Source: a candidate division WOR-3 bacterium
GTDB lineage: Bacteria > Hydrothermota > Tepidihabitantia > Tepidihabitantales > Tepidihabitantaceae
DNA length: 64,000 nucleotides
Reading direction: 5' to 3'
NCBI GenBank assembly: GCA_039801365.1
Contig: JBDRUN010000003.1
Location: 2,146-66,145 of the forward strand
In this document: positions 12,582 through 21,914 of the stretch, one piece after another
Position numbering within the stretch: position 1 is the stretch's first letter
Layout of the letters: every line of letters starts with the position of its first letter
Made by a program: the position numbers and the translations under genes
The notes under the pieces: model-generated
Seen by the model: the letters and a program-made list of their open reading frames with translations, nothing else
Database searches by the model: none
What the model was told of the DNA's origin: nothing

Positions 12582-12968
12582 ATGCCGACCACCAATCAGC
12601 TTGTGAGAAAGCCGCGACGTGTTGCCCGCGCACGATCCAAGACGCCGGCGCTCCGCGGCAACCCGCAGAAGCGCGGGGTCTGTACGAGGGTTTACACCAC
12701 GACCCCCAAGAAGCCAAACTCGGCGCTGCGCAAAGTGTGCAAGGTCAGGCTGACCCACGGACAGGAAATTACCTGCTACATCCCGGGTGAGGGTCACAAC
12801 CTGCAGGAACACTCGATTGTGCTTGTTCGGGGTGGCCGCGTGAAGGACCTGCCGGGCGTGAGGTATCACGTCGTACGAGGAGTCCTGGATACGGCAGGAG
12901 TCGAAGGCCGGCGACAGGGCCGCAGTCAGTATGGTGCGAAGCGGCCGAAGACTCAGGCCGCACAGTAG
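12582..12968 (+). CDS. rpsL: 30S ribosomal protein S12
   Basis: [13 protein letters not shown]...[11 protein letters not shown]...; start at ATG 12582 behind AGGAGGTGG RBS. Confidence 0.95.
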   Translation: MPTTNQLVRKPRRVARARSKTPALRGNPQKRGVCTRVYTTTPKKPNSALRKVCKVRLTHGQEITCYIPGEGHNLQEHSIVLVRGGRVKDLPGVRYHVVRGVLDTAGVEGRRQGRSQYGAKRPKTQAAQ

Positions 12969-12977
12969 GGAGAAGCA

Positions 12978-13448
12978 ATGTCACGTAGAAGAAGGGCAAC
13001 TCCAACCGTACCAGCACCCGACCCCAGATACGGCTCGCCTTTTGTTGCCAAGTTTATCAACAGCTTGATGTGGGACGGTAAGAAAACGGTAGCCCAGCGC
13101 GTGTTCTATGGTGCGATGCAACTCATCACCGAACGAACTAACGAAGACGGGTACGAGGTATTCCAGAAGGCGATGAACAACGTCAAACCGGTGCTTGAAG
13201 TCCGTCCCCGCCGGGTCGGTGGCGCGACCTACCAGATTCCGATGGAAGTCAGACCCCGGCGGCGCGATGCCTTGGCGATAAAGTGGACAATCGAAGCGGC
13301 CCGGACACGGAGCGAGCACACGATGGTCGAGCGACTGGCAGCTGAGCTGATTGATGCCAGCAAGAACCAGGGCGCGGCAGTCAAGAAGAAGGAAGATACT
13401 CACAAGATGGCAGAGGCAAACCGCGCCTTTGCCCACTATCGCTGGTAG
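12978..13448 (+). CDS. rpsG: 30S ribosomal protein S7
   Basis: S7 family sequence ([40 protein letters not shown]). Confidence 0.95.
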   Translation: MSRRRRATPTVPAPDPRYGSPFVAKFINSLMWDGKKTVAQRVFYGAMQLITERTNEDGYEVFQKAMNNVKPVLEVRPRRVGGATYQIPMEVRPRRRDALAIKWTIEAARTRSEHTMVERLAAELIDASKNQGAAVKKKEDTHKMAEANRAFAHYRW

Positions 13449-13497
13449 CGCACGCACAATTACGTCGCGGCCGGGACTTTTCAGTCCCGGTCGCTAC
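13444..13497. terminator. Bidirectional terminator between convergent rpsG and pgeF
   Basis: Nested hairpin GGTAGCG..(CCGGGACT-tttc-AGTCCCGG)..CGCTACC read directly; sits between two convergent stop codons. Confidence 0.5.
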
Positions 13498-14360
13498 CAT
13501 TTTGCACGCCGCAGGACGATTACGGCAAGGTTGCGGCCAGCAGTGCCGTCACGGCGGACCGAGTAGAAGTGCTCCGGGTTCTCTTTGGTGCAGAGGTCGA
13601 GCGAGCCGGCCTCGACGAGGCCCAACCCCGTGAGCAGGCTGCGGTTGGCGGAGCGGAGGTCGAGGTGGAAGCGAAAATGGTTCCAGGGTCCCAGGGTTCT
13701 AGGGTTCAAGGGGTCGAACCGTTGGCTTTCCGATACCTCCTGTTGTTCCGCTGGACGGAGGAAACGGTCGGCCGAGGGGAACTGTTGGCGAAACTCGGCG
13801 GCGACATCCTCACCTACAACGTAGCAGTCAGCGCAGATGCAGGGGCCGAGGGCGAAGTGCAGACGCGGTAGCGGAACCGAGAATCGTTCGGACATCTGTT
13901 GTGCGAGTTTCTCGGCAAGTCTGGTGGCGGTGCCCCGCCATCCGCAGTGGGCAAGGCCGACTACAGGTGGTTTGCATGACCAGATATACACCGGCAGGCA
14001 GTCCGCAACCTTGATGCCGAGTCCGATGCCGGGTAAATCGCTGAAGGCTGCGTCAGCCTCCTGTTGCTTTTCCTGCTTGTCCGGTTCGGCGAAGAATACC
14101 ACCCGTGCAGAGTGAATCTGGTTCATTGTGAAGAGTGTAGTGATGCCAAGGGCGTGCCTGACCCGACGCAGATTTTCTCTGACCGCGTGCTCTTCATCGC
14201 CAACCTGCAGGGACAGGTTCAGAGAATCGTAAGGGCCGCGCGAGACACCGCCCTTGCGGGTAGTGAAGGCTATCACAAAGCCAGGAGCGGGTTGAGACTC
14301 GTAGTATTCTATTCCATTCGCCAGGTGGATTCGCCAGTTCGCCGGAACGCAACCAGGCAT
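13494..14360 (-). CDS. pgeF: YfiH/PgeF-family protein (DUF152, laccase-domain / peptidoglycan editing factor) carrying an in-frame octamer-repeat insertion
   Basis: FTTRKGGVS..SLNLS, HAVRENL, VADCLPV, GLAHCGWRG, and C-terminal RRDG.AGRNL motifs typical of COG1496; 288 aa versus about 250 typical. Confidence 0.7.
   Translation of the reverse strand: MPGCVPANWRIHLANGIEYYESQPAPGFVIAFTTRKGGVSRGPYDSLNLSLQVGDEEHAVRENLRRVRHALGITTLFTMNQIHSARVVFFAEPDKQEKQQEADAAFSDLPGIGLGIKVADCLPVYIWSCKPPVVGLAHCGWRGTATRLAEKLAQQMSERFSVPLPRLHFALGPCICADCYVVGEDVAAEFRQQFPSADRFLRPAEQQEVSESQRFDPLNPRTLGPWNHFRFHLDLRSANRSLLTGLGLVEAGSLDLCTKENPEHFYSVRRDGTAGRNLAVIVLRRAKW
13681..13720. repeat. Octamer tandem array (TTCNAGGG, 5 copies) in-frame inside pgeF, encoding DPLNPRTLGPWNHF
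   Basis: Direct reading: ttccaggg tcccaggg ttctaggg ttcaaggg gtcgaacc. Confidence 0.8.
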
Positions 14361-14375
14361 CTTGATCGGTCCGCG

Positions 14376-16103
14376 TTATCTCGGTGTTCGTGTCCGCAGG
14401 TCGGTCAGTATGAGCCGAGTGGCAGCACGGCCTTGGTGCGTATTTCTATCCACGGTGAAGCAGATGTCGAGGTAGTCTTTACAGCCGACCTCGATGTCGG
14501 TCAAGAGCTCGCTGCGACGCCAGGCGACTGCGTCACGCACGGTCTCGCCCGAGCGCAGGGCTAGTTTCAGGTGTTCCTGGTTGCGGCCGAACCGCCGTGG
14601 GAATCCTACAACCTCGAGTCCGAGAGTAGCGAAGACCGGACGCCGGTTCTCAGGTCCGTATGGTTCGAGTTGGTCGAGGAACCGGACAAGGTCGTCGTTG
14701 ATCTCGTCAAGCTGACACACTGCATCAACGTCAATGCTGGGCTTGTACAGCTCCTCGGGCAGGCTGTCGGCATAGCGATTGATAGCATCGGTGAACTGCG
14801 GTATTCGGTTGCGGTCAATTACGAGCCCGGCGGCATACTTGTGTCCACCGAAACTGGACAGGTACTCAGCGGCTGCTTTGAGCGATTCATAAAGATTGAA
14901 ACCGTTGACCGAGCGGCCCGAACCCTTTCCCGTTTCGCCCTCAAGCGAAATGACGATGCAGGGCCGGTAGTAGCGTTCGACCAGCCGGGTTGCGACGATG
15001 CCAATTACACCCCGGTGCCAGTCCTCCTGGGCCACGACCACGACACGGCGCTTGTCGAGTCCCTCGGCTTCGACGCGGGCCATTGCCTGTTTCGTTGTCT
15101 CTTCGCCTCGAGTCTGACGGTCTCGGTTGTGGGCGTCAAGCTCGGCGGCAAGGCGGTCGGCCTGGGTCTGGTCGTCGGCGAGCAGAAGTTCAAGCGCGGT
15201 GCTGGCGTGGCTGATACGGCCTGCAGCGTTCAGACGCGGGCCGATGATGAAACCGACATCGTAACTTGTGAGCGGTCGGTCCGGGATTCCAGCACGGCGC
15301 ATCAGGGCGCGCAGCCCGGGTCGGTCGGTTGAGCGAATTGCAGCAAGTCCAAGTCTTGCCAGGATGCGGTTCTCACCAACCAGCGGAACCATATCGGCGA
15401 TAGTGCCGATGCCGACTAGGTCGAGGAGGCAGGTAAGTTCCTGTCGGGGCCGGCCGAGTGCAGAAAGGAGGCTCCAGACAAGTTTGAAAGCGACGCCGAC
15501 GCCGGCCAGCTCGGTAAATGGGTAGGCAGAGCCGGGTCGTTTAGGGTTGACCAGGGCAAGTGCTCGCGGCGGTTCGACCGGCACTTCGTGGTGGTCAGTG
15601 ATGATTACGTCAATACTGGCCGCGGCCGCAGCGGTCACTGCTTCACGGTCGGTTGAACCGCAGTCGTTGGTGATGAGCAGCTTCGCGCCTGTTTCGCGAC
15701 AGAACTCGACGCCGGCAAGCGAGAGACCGTATCCTTCGGACTCGCGGTGCGGCAGGTAATAGACCACATCCGCTCCGAGCCGGCGCAGCGCGGACACAAG
15801 CAGGCAGGTACCGGTGACGCCGTCTGCATCATAGTCGCCGTACACGCAGATGCGCTCCCGGCGTTCGAGTGCCGCAATAATCCGCTCGGTCGCGACCTTG
15901 ATGTCGGGGAGAGTTGCGGGCTGGTGCAGCAGGGCTGGAGAGGGTGTGAGAAAACCGCGGATTGCGTCGGCACTGGCAAGGCCGCGGCGGAGCATCAGCC
16001 GGATTGCGAGTTCAGGCAGGTTCAGTTCTCGCGCGAGGAGAGCTGTATCCGCCGCAGGCGGCTCAGGCAGATGCCAGTGTAACGAAGGAGTCAGTTCAGA
16101 CAT
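14376..16103 (-). CDS. recJ: Single-stranded-DNA-specific exonuclease RecJ
   Basis: DHH motif region (VYGDYDADGVTG, ITDHH), DHHA1 region (GGHKYAAG), RecJ OB-fold C-terminus. Confidence 0.9.
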   Translation of the reverse strand: MSELTPSLHWHLPEPPAADTALLARELNLPELAIRLMLRRGLASADAIRGFLTPSPALLHQPATLPDIKVATERIIAALERRERICVYGDYDADGVTGTCLLVSALRRLGADVVYYLPHRESEGYGLSLAGVEFCRETGAKLLITNDCGSTDREAVTAAAAASIDVIITDHHEVPVEPPRALALVNPKRPGSAYPFTELAGVGVAFKLVWSLLSALGRPRQELTCLLDLVGIGTIADMVPLVGENRILARLGLAAIRSTDRPGLRALMRRAGIPDRPLTSYDVGFIIGPRLNAAGRISHASTALELLLADDQTQADRLAAELDAHNRDRQTRGEETTKQAMARVEAEGLDKRRVVVVAQEDWHRGVIGIVATRLVERYYRPCIVISLEGETGKGSGRSVNGFNLYESLKAAAEYLSSFGGHKYAAGLVIDRNRIPQFTDAINRYADSLPEELYKPSIDVDAVCQLDEINDDLVRFLDQLEPYGPENRRPVFATLGLEVVGFPRRFGRNQEHLKLALRSGETVRDAVAWRRSELLTDIEVGCKDYLDICFTVDRNTHQGRAATRLILTDLRTRTPR

Positions 16104-16220
16104 GCTAAGTTCTAGCCATCAGAACGCGGAAGTCAAGCAGAGAAGGGGTTTGAGGGCCAAGTGAAGGCCATCGGACTCGGTTGGTCCGATTCCCCACTGG
16201 AACCATTCAATCCTGGAGCC

Positions 16221-18347
16221 CTATAACTGTTGTCTTGGTGCCAGGTGGGCTTCGACCTTTTCGAGCGAGGACCGGGCCGCGTCGTGATTCGGGTCAATAC
16301 GAATAGCCTGGGACAATGCGGCTCGAGCCGGTTCAAGGCTATCCATCGAGACGTACACCAGGCCGAGCAGGTAATAGTTTTCGGCGTTCAGCGGGTCGAG
16401 CTCGACCGCAGCCTTGTAGTGCCGGATGGCAAGTGCAAAATCGCGGCGAGCGATAGCGAGGCGGCCGCCGGCCAGCTCGGCCAGCACGCGGTTGCGCGGG
16501 TCGGTGCCGACTACCTTGGCCAACTCCCGGTACTCGGCTTCTGCCTCCTTGGTTCGGCCCAGTCCGGCATAGGCGACAAACAGTCCGTACCGGGCCACCG
16601 GGTTGGCCGGATTCGCGTCAATGGCCCGGCGGAATGCGTCGAATGCTCGGCTGCTTCCCATCGTCATGTAAGTATTTCCGGCCTGGGTCCAGGCTTGAGC
16701 AGTGTACGTTCGGCGGTCAACCGGGATGAGACCGGACCCGGCGTACAAGATGATGGCGGCGGCAGAGATAACAGCCGACCTCATCCATTTCCCTTGCCTT
16801 ATGGCTGAAACCGTCTCGGCCACGGCATACCCGGCGAACATCAGGAAGAACGGAATCACCGGCGCGCGCAGGCGGGAAAGAACGTAGAAAACGAGAGAAG
16901 ATACGAGGAAGGCGAGAATGAAGAATAGGGGATAGAGGGCCAGAGGGACAGAAGGATGAGGTCCGGCACTTGAACCCTGGAACCCCTGAACTCTGGAACC
17001 GTTCCTGCTTAGTGCTAGGAAGACACCGACCAAGCCCAAGGCTGCAATCAGGCCGAAATTCAGAAACGCAACTTTGAGCGCAACCGAGTAGGGCCAGGCA
17101 GTTTCCGGGTAGTAGTTGCTAGGAACTTCGTAATTGGACCAGAACAGGAGAAACTTGCGGGAAAGCAGCCACAGGCTCCGACCCGGGGTACGGACGACGA
17201 ATTCCAGACCTTTCCTTGTCCAGTATGCGGAGGCTTGAGACCAGGAAAGCTCCCTGCCGTCTATCATCCGGCTGATGCGCTTGAGCTGCTGATGCGAGAA
17301 GCCGGCAGTACGCTCCAGCTCGGTCTGCTGCCAGGTGCCGTCGGTCCATGGATTCCAGCCGTAGTAGAAGTTGATGCCCGAATGCGCGGTGAACAGCACC
17401 GGTTCGCGGGCAACGATGAGATTCCGAATCGGCACCACGGCGATTGTGGCCAGCGCGCAGGCGGTCATGGTGATGATAGCTCGCAGTCGTGTCGGAGCCC
17501 CCCTTCCTTTCGTTCCCTCCCCCTTGAAGGGGGAGGAAGAGGGTGAAGGTGGGCTTGCGTTCGAGCGTACTTCGAGCTGCGGTGCGGTGCGTTGTGCGGT
17601 CTGCACCCTGCGGCCTGCGCCCAGTGTGCGCCACAGGACGATGACGAACGCCGGAAGCAGGATTAGCATCTCCGGCCGGCAGATGACCAGAAGGCCAAAC
17701 GATATCCCGGCAATAGCCCAGCGCCATGACCCCCTCCCTTTCATTCCCTCCCCCTTCAAGGGGGAGGGAGAGGGTGAAGGTGGTTTCTGTCCTTTTCCTT
17801 CCTTCCCTTCTTTCTTGAAGGGAGAGGCAAGGGGTGAGGGTGAGGTTACACTCCACAGCACAAGCCACAGGGTCAGGAGTGAGAAGAACACCGTGACCTC
17901 GACATAGAGCAGAGCGCCGGTGTAGAACACGATAATGCCGGTCAGGGCGAACCCGAACGCAGCGAACAGGGCACTGGTGCGGCCAAAGATACGCCGGGTC
18001 GAGTCGTAGAGCAGGAAGCAGGAGACTGCAGCGAGGAAGCACTGGAACAACTGCACCGGGAACACCTTTGGGCCGAATATGGCATACAGCCCGGCGAGCA
18101 TGTAGGGATATAGCGGCCGCAGGAAGAAGACTTCGTTGCCCCATAAGCTCTTGTGCACGATGTCCAGGGCCCAGGTGTGGTAGTACCAGGAGTCAATCAC
18201 CTGGGCTGAGATGACCGAAAATGGATGGCCACGCATCTCCAGAATGAACCACAGCCGGATGGCGAACGTCAACACAACCGCCAGCGCGGGTAGTATCGTT
18301 GTGGTCAATGGTCGGCGGTCAGCGGTCGGCGGTCGGCGTTGCGCCAT
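16221..18347 (-). CDS. GT-C fold membrane glycosyltransferase (ArnT/PMT-like) with C-terminal TPR repeats; contains in-frame repeat insertions
   Basis: About 10 N-terminal TM helices in a pattern like dolichyl-phosphate-mannose / 4-amino-arabinose transferases; C-terminal TPR motifs (AWTQAGNTYMTMGSSRAFDAFRRAIDANP, AEAEYRELAKVV, YKAAVELDPLNAENYYLLGLVY). Confidence 0.7.
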   Translation of the reverse strand: MAQRRPPTADRRPLTTTILPALAVVLTFAIRLWFILEMRGHPFSVISAQVIDSWYYHTWALDIVHKSLWGNEVFFLRPLYPYMLAGLYAIFGPKVFPVQLFQCFLAAVSCFLLYDSTRRIFGRTSALFAAFGFALTGIIVFYTGALLYVEVTVFFSLLTLWLVLWSVTSPSPLASPFKKEGKEGKGQKPPSPSPSPLKGEGMKGRGSWRWAIAGISFGLLVICRPEMLILLPAFVIVLWRTLGAGRRVQTAQRTAPQLEVRSNASPPSPSSSPFKGEGTKGRGAPTRLRAIITMTACALATIAVVPIRNLIVAREPVLFTAHSGINFYYGWNPWTDGTWQQTELERTAGFSHQQLKRISRMIDGRELSWSQASAYWTRKGLEFVVRTPGRSLWLLSRKFLLFWSNYEVPSNYYPETAWPYSVALKVAFLNFGLIAALGLVGVFLALSRNGSRVQGFQGSSAGPHPSVPLALYPLFFILAFLVSSLVFYVLSRLRAPVIPFFLMFAGYAVAETVSAIRQGKWMRSAVISAAAIILYAGSGLIPVDRRTYTAQAWTQAGNTYMTMGSSRAFDAFRRAIDANPANPVARYGLFVAYAGLGRTKEAEAEYRELAKVVGTDPRNRVLAELAGGRLAIARRDFALAIRHYKAAVELDPLNAENYYLLGLVYVSMDSLEPARAALSQAIRIDPNHDAARSSLEKVEAHLAPRQQL
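16972..17006. repeat. Octamer tandem array (GGGTTCNA family, reverse orientation) in-frame inside the GT-C/TPR gene, encoding NGSRVQGFQGSS
   Basis: tgaaccc tggaaccc ctgaactc tggaaccg read directly. Confidence 0.75.
17497..17552. repeat. Imperfect palindromic element about 54 nt, copy 1 (CCCCTTCCTTTCGTTCCCTCCCCCTT-GAAGGGGGAGGAAGAGGGTGAAGGTGG), in-frame in the GT-C/TPR gene
   Basis: Arms are near reverse complements; length is a multiple of 3; encodes a Ser/Pro/Gly/Lys-rich loop (SPPSPSSSPFKGEGTKGRG). Confidence 0.75.
17730..17782. repeat. Imperfect palindromic element about 54 nt, copy 2
   Basis: CCCCCTCCCTTTCATTCCCTCCCCCTTCAAGGGGGAGGGAGAGGGTGAAGGTGG; 85-90% identical to copy 1. Confidence 0.75.
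17788..17846. repeat. Imperfect palindromic element, degenerate copy 3, immediately adjacent to copy 2
   Basis: CCTTTTCCTTCCTTCCCTTCTTTCTTGAAGGGAGAGGCAAGGGGTGAGGGTGAGG; same architecture. Confidence 0.6.
18310..18338. repeat. Heptamer tandem array (GGTCGGC/GGTCAGC, 4 copies) at the 5' end of the GT-C/TPR gene
   Basis: ggtcggc ggtcagc ggtcggc ggtcggc read directly; encodes RRPPTADRRPLTT at the protein N-terminus. Confidence 0.7.
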
Positions 18348-18886
18348 CAGTTGGCACTATCTTAGTTTGGTCGAGGACAGGGTCAAGGACAGGGTGGCAG
18401 TCTGGCCGCTGGGCCACTTGGCCACTCTTGTTTGTCGTGCCTTGACTGAAGTCCGGTTTCGGCCTATTCTGGATGCGGTGGAAAGGTAACCTGAAAGACC
18501 CCGTGACCGGGAAGAAAATGGCAGGCATGAACAACGTCCCCGGGAATACGAGACGAGGCGGTCTTGGCAGAAAACGGAAGTAGGTTAGTGTAACCGATAT
18601 GACAGTCTCGGACCTGCGGCGCCAAGGGTGTGTTGGGGGATAGTATTCTTACGCAGGTTTGCCCCTGTTCCCGGGCAGATTGAGGCAGGACTGGACGCAG
18701 AGCTGGCTGTTTGCACATGAGTTGGTCTGGTGTTTGCGGGCAACCCGCAGTATGCTGGCTTAGCGCTTCAGACGTGCAAAGACGTGGTCTGTATGTGTCT
18801 GCCCGAATAACGAGACACGCTGTTGGGCCTAGGAGCGCGGTTCGCCGGCAGCGAAAGCGAAACAAACCACTAACTAAGGAGGTCAG

Positions 18887-20323
18887 ATGAAAATCTGGTT
18901 AGGCCTGCTGATCCTGATGGTCGTAGCCGTTTCAGCGGGTTTGGCGGCAGGCAACCAAGTGCCCCGAGAGGGTAGGGATGCAATAAGCATCCCCCAGCTT
19001 ATCAACTACCAAGGCAAGCTCACGGACGGCAGCGGTAAGCCGCTGTCCGGCACCTACGGCATGAAGTTCGAGATATACGACCACGCGACCGGTGGCACGA
19101 AGTTCTGGGAAGAAACCCAGCCGGACGTTGCCGTAACCGACGGGCTCTTCAGCGTGAAACTGGGAAGTGTCGATGCGATTGATCCAGCGACGGAACTGCC
19201 GGAAGGGCCGAACTGCTGGCTGCAGGTTACGGTTGGAACAACTGTCATCGAACCGCGGGTCCAGCTTGTGAGCGTACCTTACACCTACAAATCGGACGAC
19301 GCAGCCAAACTCGGCGGGACAGCGGCCGCTGATTATGCGACCAAGACCTGGGTAACTGGCCAGGGCTTCGAGTTACAGGCAAACAAGAATGCTGCGAATG
19401 GCTACTGCGGCCTTGATGCAGGCGCTAGAGTTCCGAACAGCCGGTTGTACACCGGTTCTGGCAACGGCCTCGACGCTGACCTACTCGACGGCAAACACGC
19501 CTCAGAGTTCGTCGCTGGCTCCGGCAGTTCCGGCTACATCCCCAAGTGGGCAGCAGCCGGTACGCTCGATAACTCCCTTATCTCCCAGAACGGCAATGCC
19601 ATAGGAATCGGCTGTGTGCCCGGACCGGGTAGCCCCGTTGCTCTTGAGGTGTATAATAACGGTCCGAAGCCAGTATTGTACGTGCACGGGTCAGAACTGG
19701 ACCGTAACTTCACAGGGCATTATGCCGACTATCCGGCGTTTGCCACACACGCGGGTTCACAGGGAGGCTATCCGGTCAGCTACGGCATGGGCCAAGTATT
19801 AGGAGGACTGGGGATCGTCGCCAAGGAGTCCAACCCGAACGCGTTTGGCAATATCCAGTTCTTCACCGGCAACTCTCTCATCGGTTATCCTGGCGCCGAG
19901 CGAATGCGCATCACCTATGACGGCAAGGTCGGTATCGGAACAACATCACCCTCAGCTCCTCTGCATGTCATTGGCAATTTCATAGCCTCCGGCACCAAGA
20001 GCGCGATGGTTACCACGCCGACGCATGGCAATCGAAAGCTCTACTGTGTTGAGGCCGCAACGGTCAAGTTCACTGACGAAGGAACTGCCCGCTTGAACGG
20101 TGGCAGCGCTCGCGTGAATATTGACCCGATTTTTCTGGAGACCATTGAGGGTGAACTACTGGTTCACCTTACTCCGTACGGTCCTACCAGCCTCTACGTG
20201 GCCGAACGCGGGACAGACTACTTCGTAGTTAGGTCTCTGGATAGCACAGATGTCGAATTCGCTTGGCACGTCAGTGCGTGTCGCAAAGGATACGGCAGCG
20301 TAAGATTAGAAGAGGTCCGGTAG
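18887..20323 (+). CDS. Secreted phage-tail-fibre-like protein (N-terminal tail-fibre repeat domain; C-terminal endosialidase-chaperone-like motif)
   Basis: Signal peptide MKIWLGLLILMVVAVSAGLAAG; motif INYQGKLTDGSGKPLSGTYGMKFEIYDHATGGTKFWEETQ..DGLFSVKLGS typical of Bacteroidota-type tail-fibre domain proteins; C-terminal ERMRITYDGKVGIGTTSPSAPLHV resembles the intramolecular-chaperone (peptidase S74-like) signature. Confidence 0.55.
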   Translation: MKIWLGLLILMVVAVSAGLAAGNQVPREGRDAISIPQLINYQGKLTDGSGKPLSGTYGMKFEIYDHATGGTKFWEETQPDVAVTDGLFSVKLGSVDAIDPATELPEGPNCWLQVTVGTTVIEPRVQLVSVPYTYKSDDAAKLGGTAAADYATKTWVTGQGFELQANKNAANGYCGLDAGARVPNSRLYTGSGNGLDADLLDGKHASEFVAGSGSSGYIPKWAAAGTLDNSLISQNGNAIGIGCVPGPGSPVALEVYNNGPKPVLYVHGSELDRNFTGHYADYPAFATHAGSQGGYPVSYGMGQVLGGLGIVAKESNPNAFGNIQFFTGNSLIGYPGAERMRITYDGKVGIGTTSPSAPLHVIGNFIASGTKSAMVTTPTHGNRKLYCVEAATVKFTDEGTARLNGGSARVNIDPIFLETIEGELLVHLTPYGPTSLYVAERGTDYFVVRSLDSTDVEFAWHVSACRKGYGSVRLEEVR

Positions 20324-20541
20324 CGTATCCCGGTAAGGGAAGTTTAAAGGATTATTGCGTACGCTAGCCGCCTGTCAAGTCAAAGTCAGCCATGGGGCCG
20401 GTCCTGCGAGTGGCCGGCTGCACCACTTGGCAGGTTTGTCCTGGATGCAACAGACATTGGCCTGTGCTTTGATATCCTAGCGCGTCGGGTCTGAATACTG
20501 CGGGGAAACTACGGAAATGCGGTAAAGGAATTTCTGTAGGC

Positions 20542-21096
20542 GTGACCAGAAGCTTGACCTGCACAAGTCGCTGGCCGGTGTTGCCGAGGTATCGGGTAGT
20601 GTTTGAGATGGGCGTTTTGCAGGACATCTGCCGGTGGGCGAGGCTCGGGTATGAGACACGCTACAAGGCGGAACGGCTCGGGTTTCTGTTCGGGCACGTG
20701 GGGAATAGGCGGACCGTCGTCGTGAAGCGGGCGGTCCTGTATCGGGGCGGCATACGTACTCGGACGAGCGCTGTCTGCGCGGCTGCATCGCTGATTCGCC
20801 GGCGCCGGAAATTGGCACGGGCGCTGGGTCTCCGGGCCTTGGGTCTGTTTCACTCGCACGTGGAGGTTGGGGGTTGGGTCGTGCACGGGCTGACGCCAGG
20901 TGAGGCGTTCGAGAACGACCCGGTATCGGTGATTGAGGCTGTTGTTGCGGTGCGGTTCGCGGGCCGGAAGCCGGTTCGGACGTCACGCAAGGTGCTGTTC
21001 GGGTTCGAACCCGATACCGGGTACACGTACAACATTCGGGTGTACGGCAGGACCGAACGCGGAGTCAGGCTGCTGCCGGTGCGGGCCACAGACTGA
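20542..21096 (+). CDS. Hypothetical Arg-rich protein with a degenerate MPN/JAB (JAMM-like) motif
   Basis: Segment LGLRALGLFHSHVEVGGWVVHGLTPGEAFEND resembles G-x-YHSHP...S..D of JAB metalloproteases but is not canonical; overlapped by antisense ORFs, so the call is weak. Confidence 0.25.
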   Translation: MTRSLTCTSRWPVLPRYRVVFEMGVLQDICRWARLGYETRYKAERLGFLFGHVGNRRTVVVKRAVLYRGGIRTRTSAVCAAASLIRRRRKLARALGLRALGLFHSHVEVGGWVVHGLTPGEAFENDPVSVIEAVVAVRFAGRKPVRTSRKVLFGFEPDTGYTYNIRVYGRTERGVRLLPVRATD

Positions 21097-21190
21097 ACAC
21101 AAGGATACAGGATCACTATCACATCAATCCCCCTCTCGTTTAAGGGAGAGCGAGTCTGAAGCGGTGAGCCGCAGGCCGCCAGTGGTCTGC

Positions 21191-21427
21191 TCAGCTTGTC
21201 GGCTTCCAGACGTACTTGCCGGTCCGGTCAATGTAGCCAGTCTTGCCTCCGCAGGTCCGGTTGTACTTGTCCGGTCGGCACCCGATATTGACCTCGGCGA
21301 GGCCGTCGGAGAAATCCCACGCTTCGTCGAAATGCGGCTCGGCAATATGCCGGCCGGTCTTTTCAATGAAACCCCACTTGCCGCAGCGCAGCATGCCGCT
21401 CTTGCCGATGGGGACAAATGGGGACAC
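21191..21427 (-). CDS. Small WG-repeat (KWG) domain protein, possibly a fragment
   Basis: GKWGFIEKTGRHIAEPHFDEAWDFSDGLAEV...GYIDRTGKYV matches the WG-containing repeat consensus (two repeats); GTG start. Confidence 0.35.
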   Translation of the reverse strand: MSPFVPIGKSGMLRCGKWGFIEKTGRHIAEPHFDEAWDFSDGLAEVNIGCRPDKYNRTCGGKTGYIDRTGKYVWKPTS

Positions 21428-21914
21428 AACACTATTTTCGTAGTCGAAAGTGTGTCAAGGGCAGGAGGAGAATGCTGAGTTCTGAATGCTGAGTTGCGGG
21501 AGAAGGGCAGCGTATGGCGGGCGTTGCAAGGAATGGCAGTTGAACGAATCATGGCAAGTGTAGATAAAGCGCTGACTATCTTCCGGTTACAGCGAAATCG
21601 CGGGCCGATAATTCAAGGGTAGGGGTCACCGGGTAGGCGGCTAGGGCTGATGCCATTGCCGATGTCTGGTCATGAGCTTGCCCTGGAGCCTGAACCGAAG
21701 CTTGTGCCGATGGAAGTTTTTGAGCGAGTTCGGACGCCTGTTCCAAGGCGGCTGCCGGAGCTTGTCTTGAAACACTCACCTAAGCCAGTGCTGATGCCGG
21801 CACCGAGGCTGTTCCATAAGCGGTTGCCCCAGCCTGTGCTGCTGCGGTGATGGTTGTTTCAGCCGAGGCCGGTTCGGGTCCTGGTGCCGCTGCCGCACCG
21901 GAGGGGGGCTGAGA

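Noticed and set aside
17371-17907. Plus-strand 178-aa ORF with GEGEGEG repeats
   Set aside because: It is the reverse-strand reading of the palindromic elements inside the well-supported GT-C/TPR gene; the palindromes make both strands open.
21100-21190. CCCCTCTCGTTTAAGGGAGAG as another copy of the GT-C palindromic element
   Set aside because: The two halves are mirror repeats, not reverse complements; no hairpin potential.
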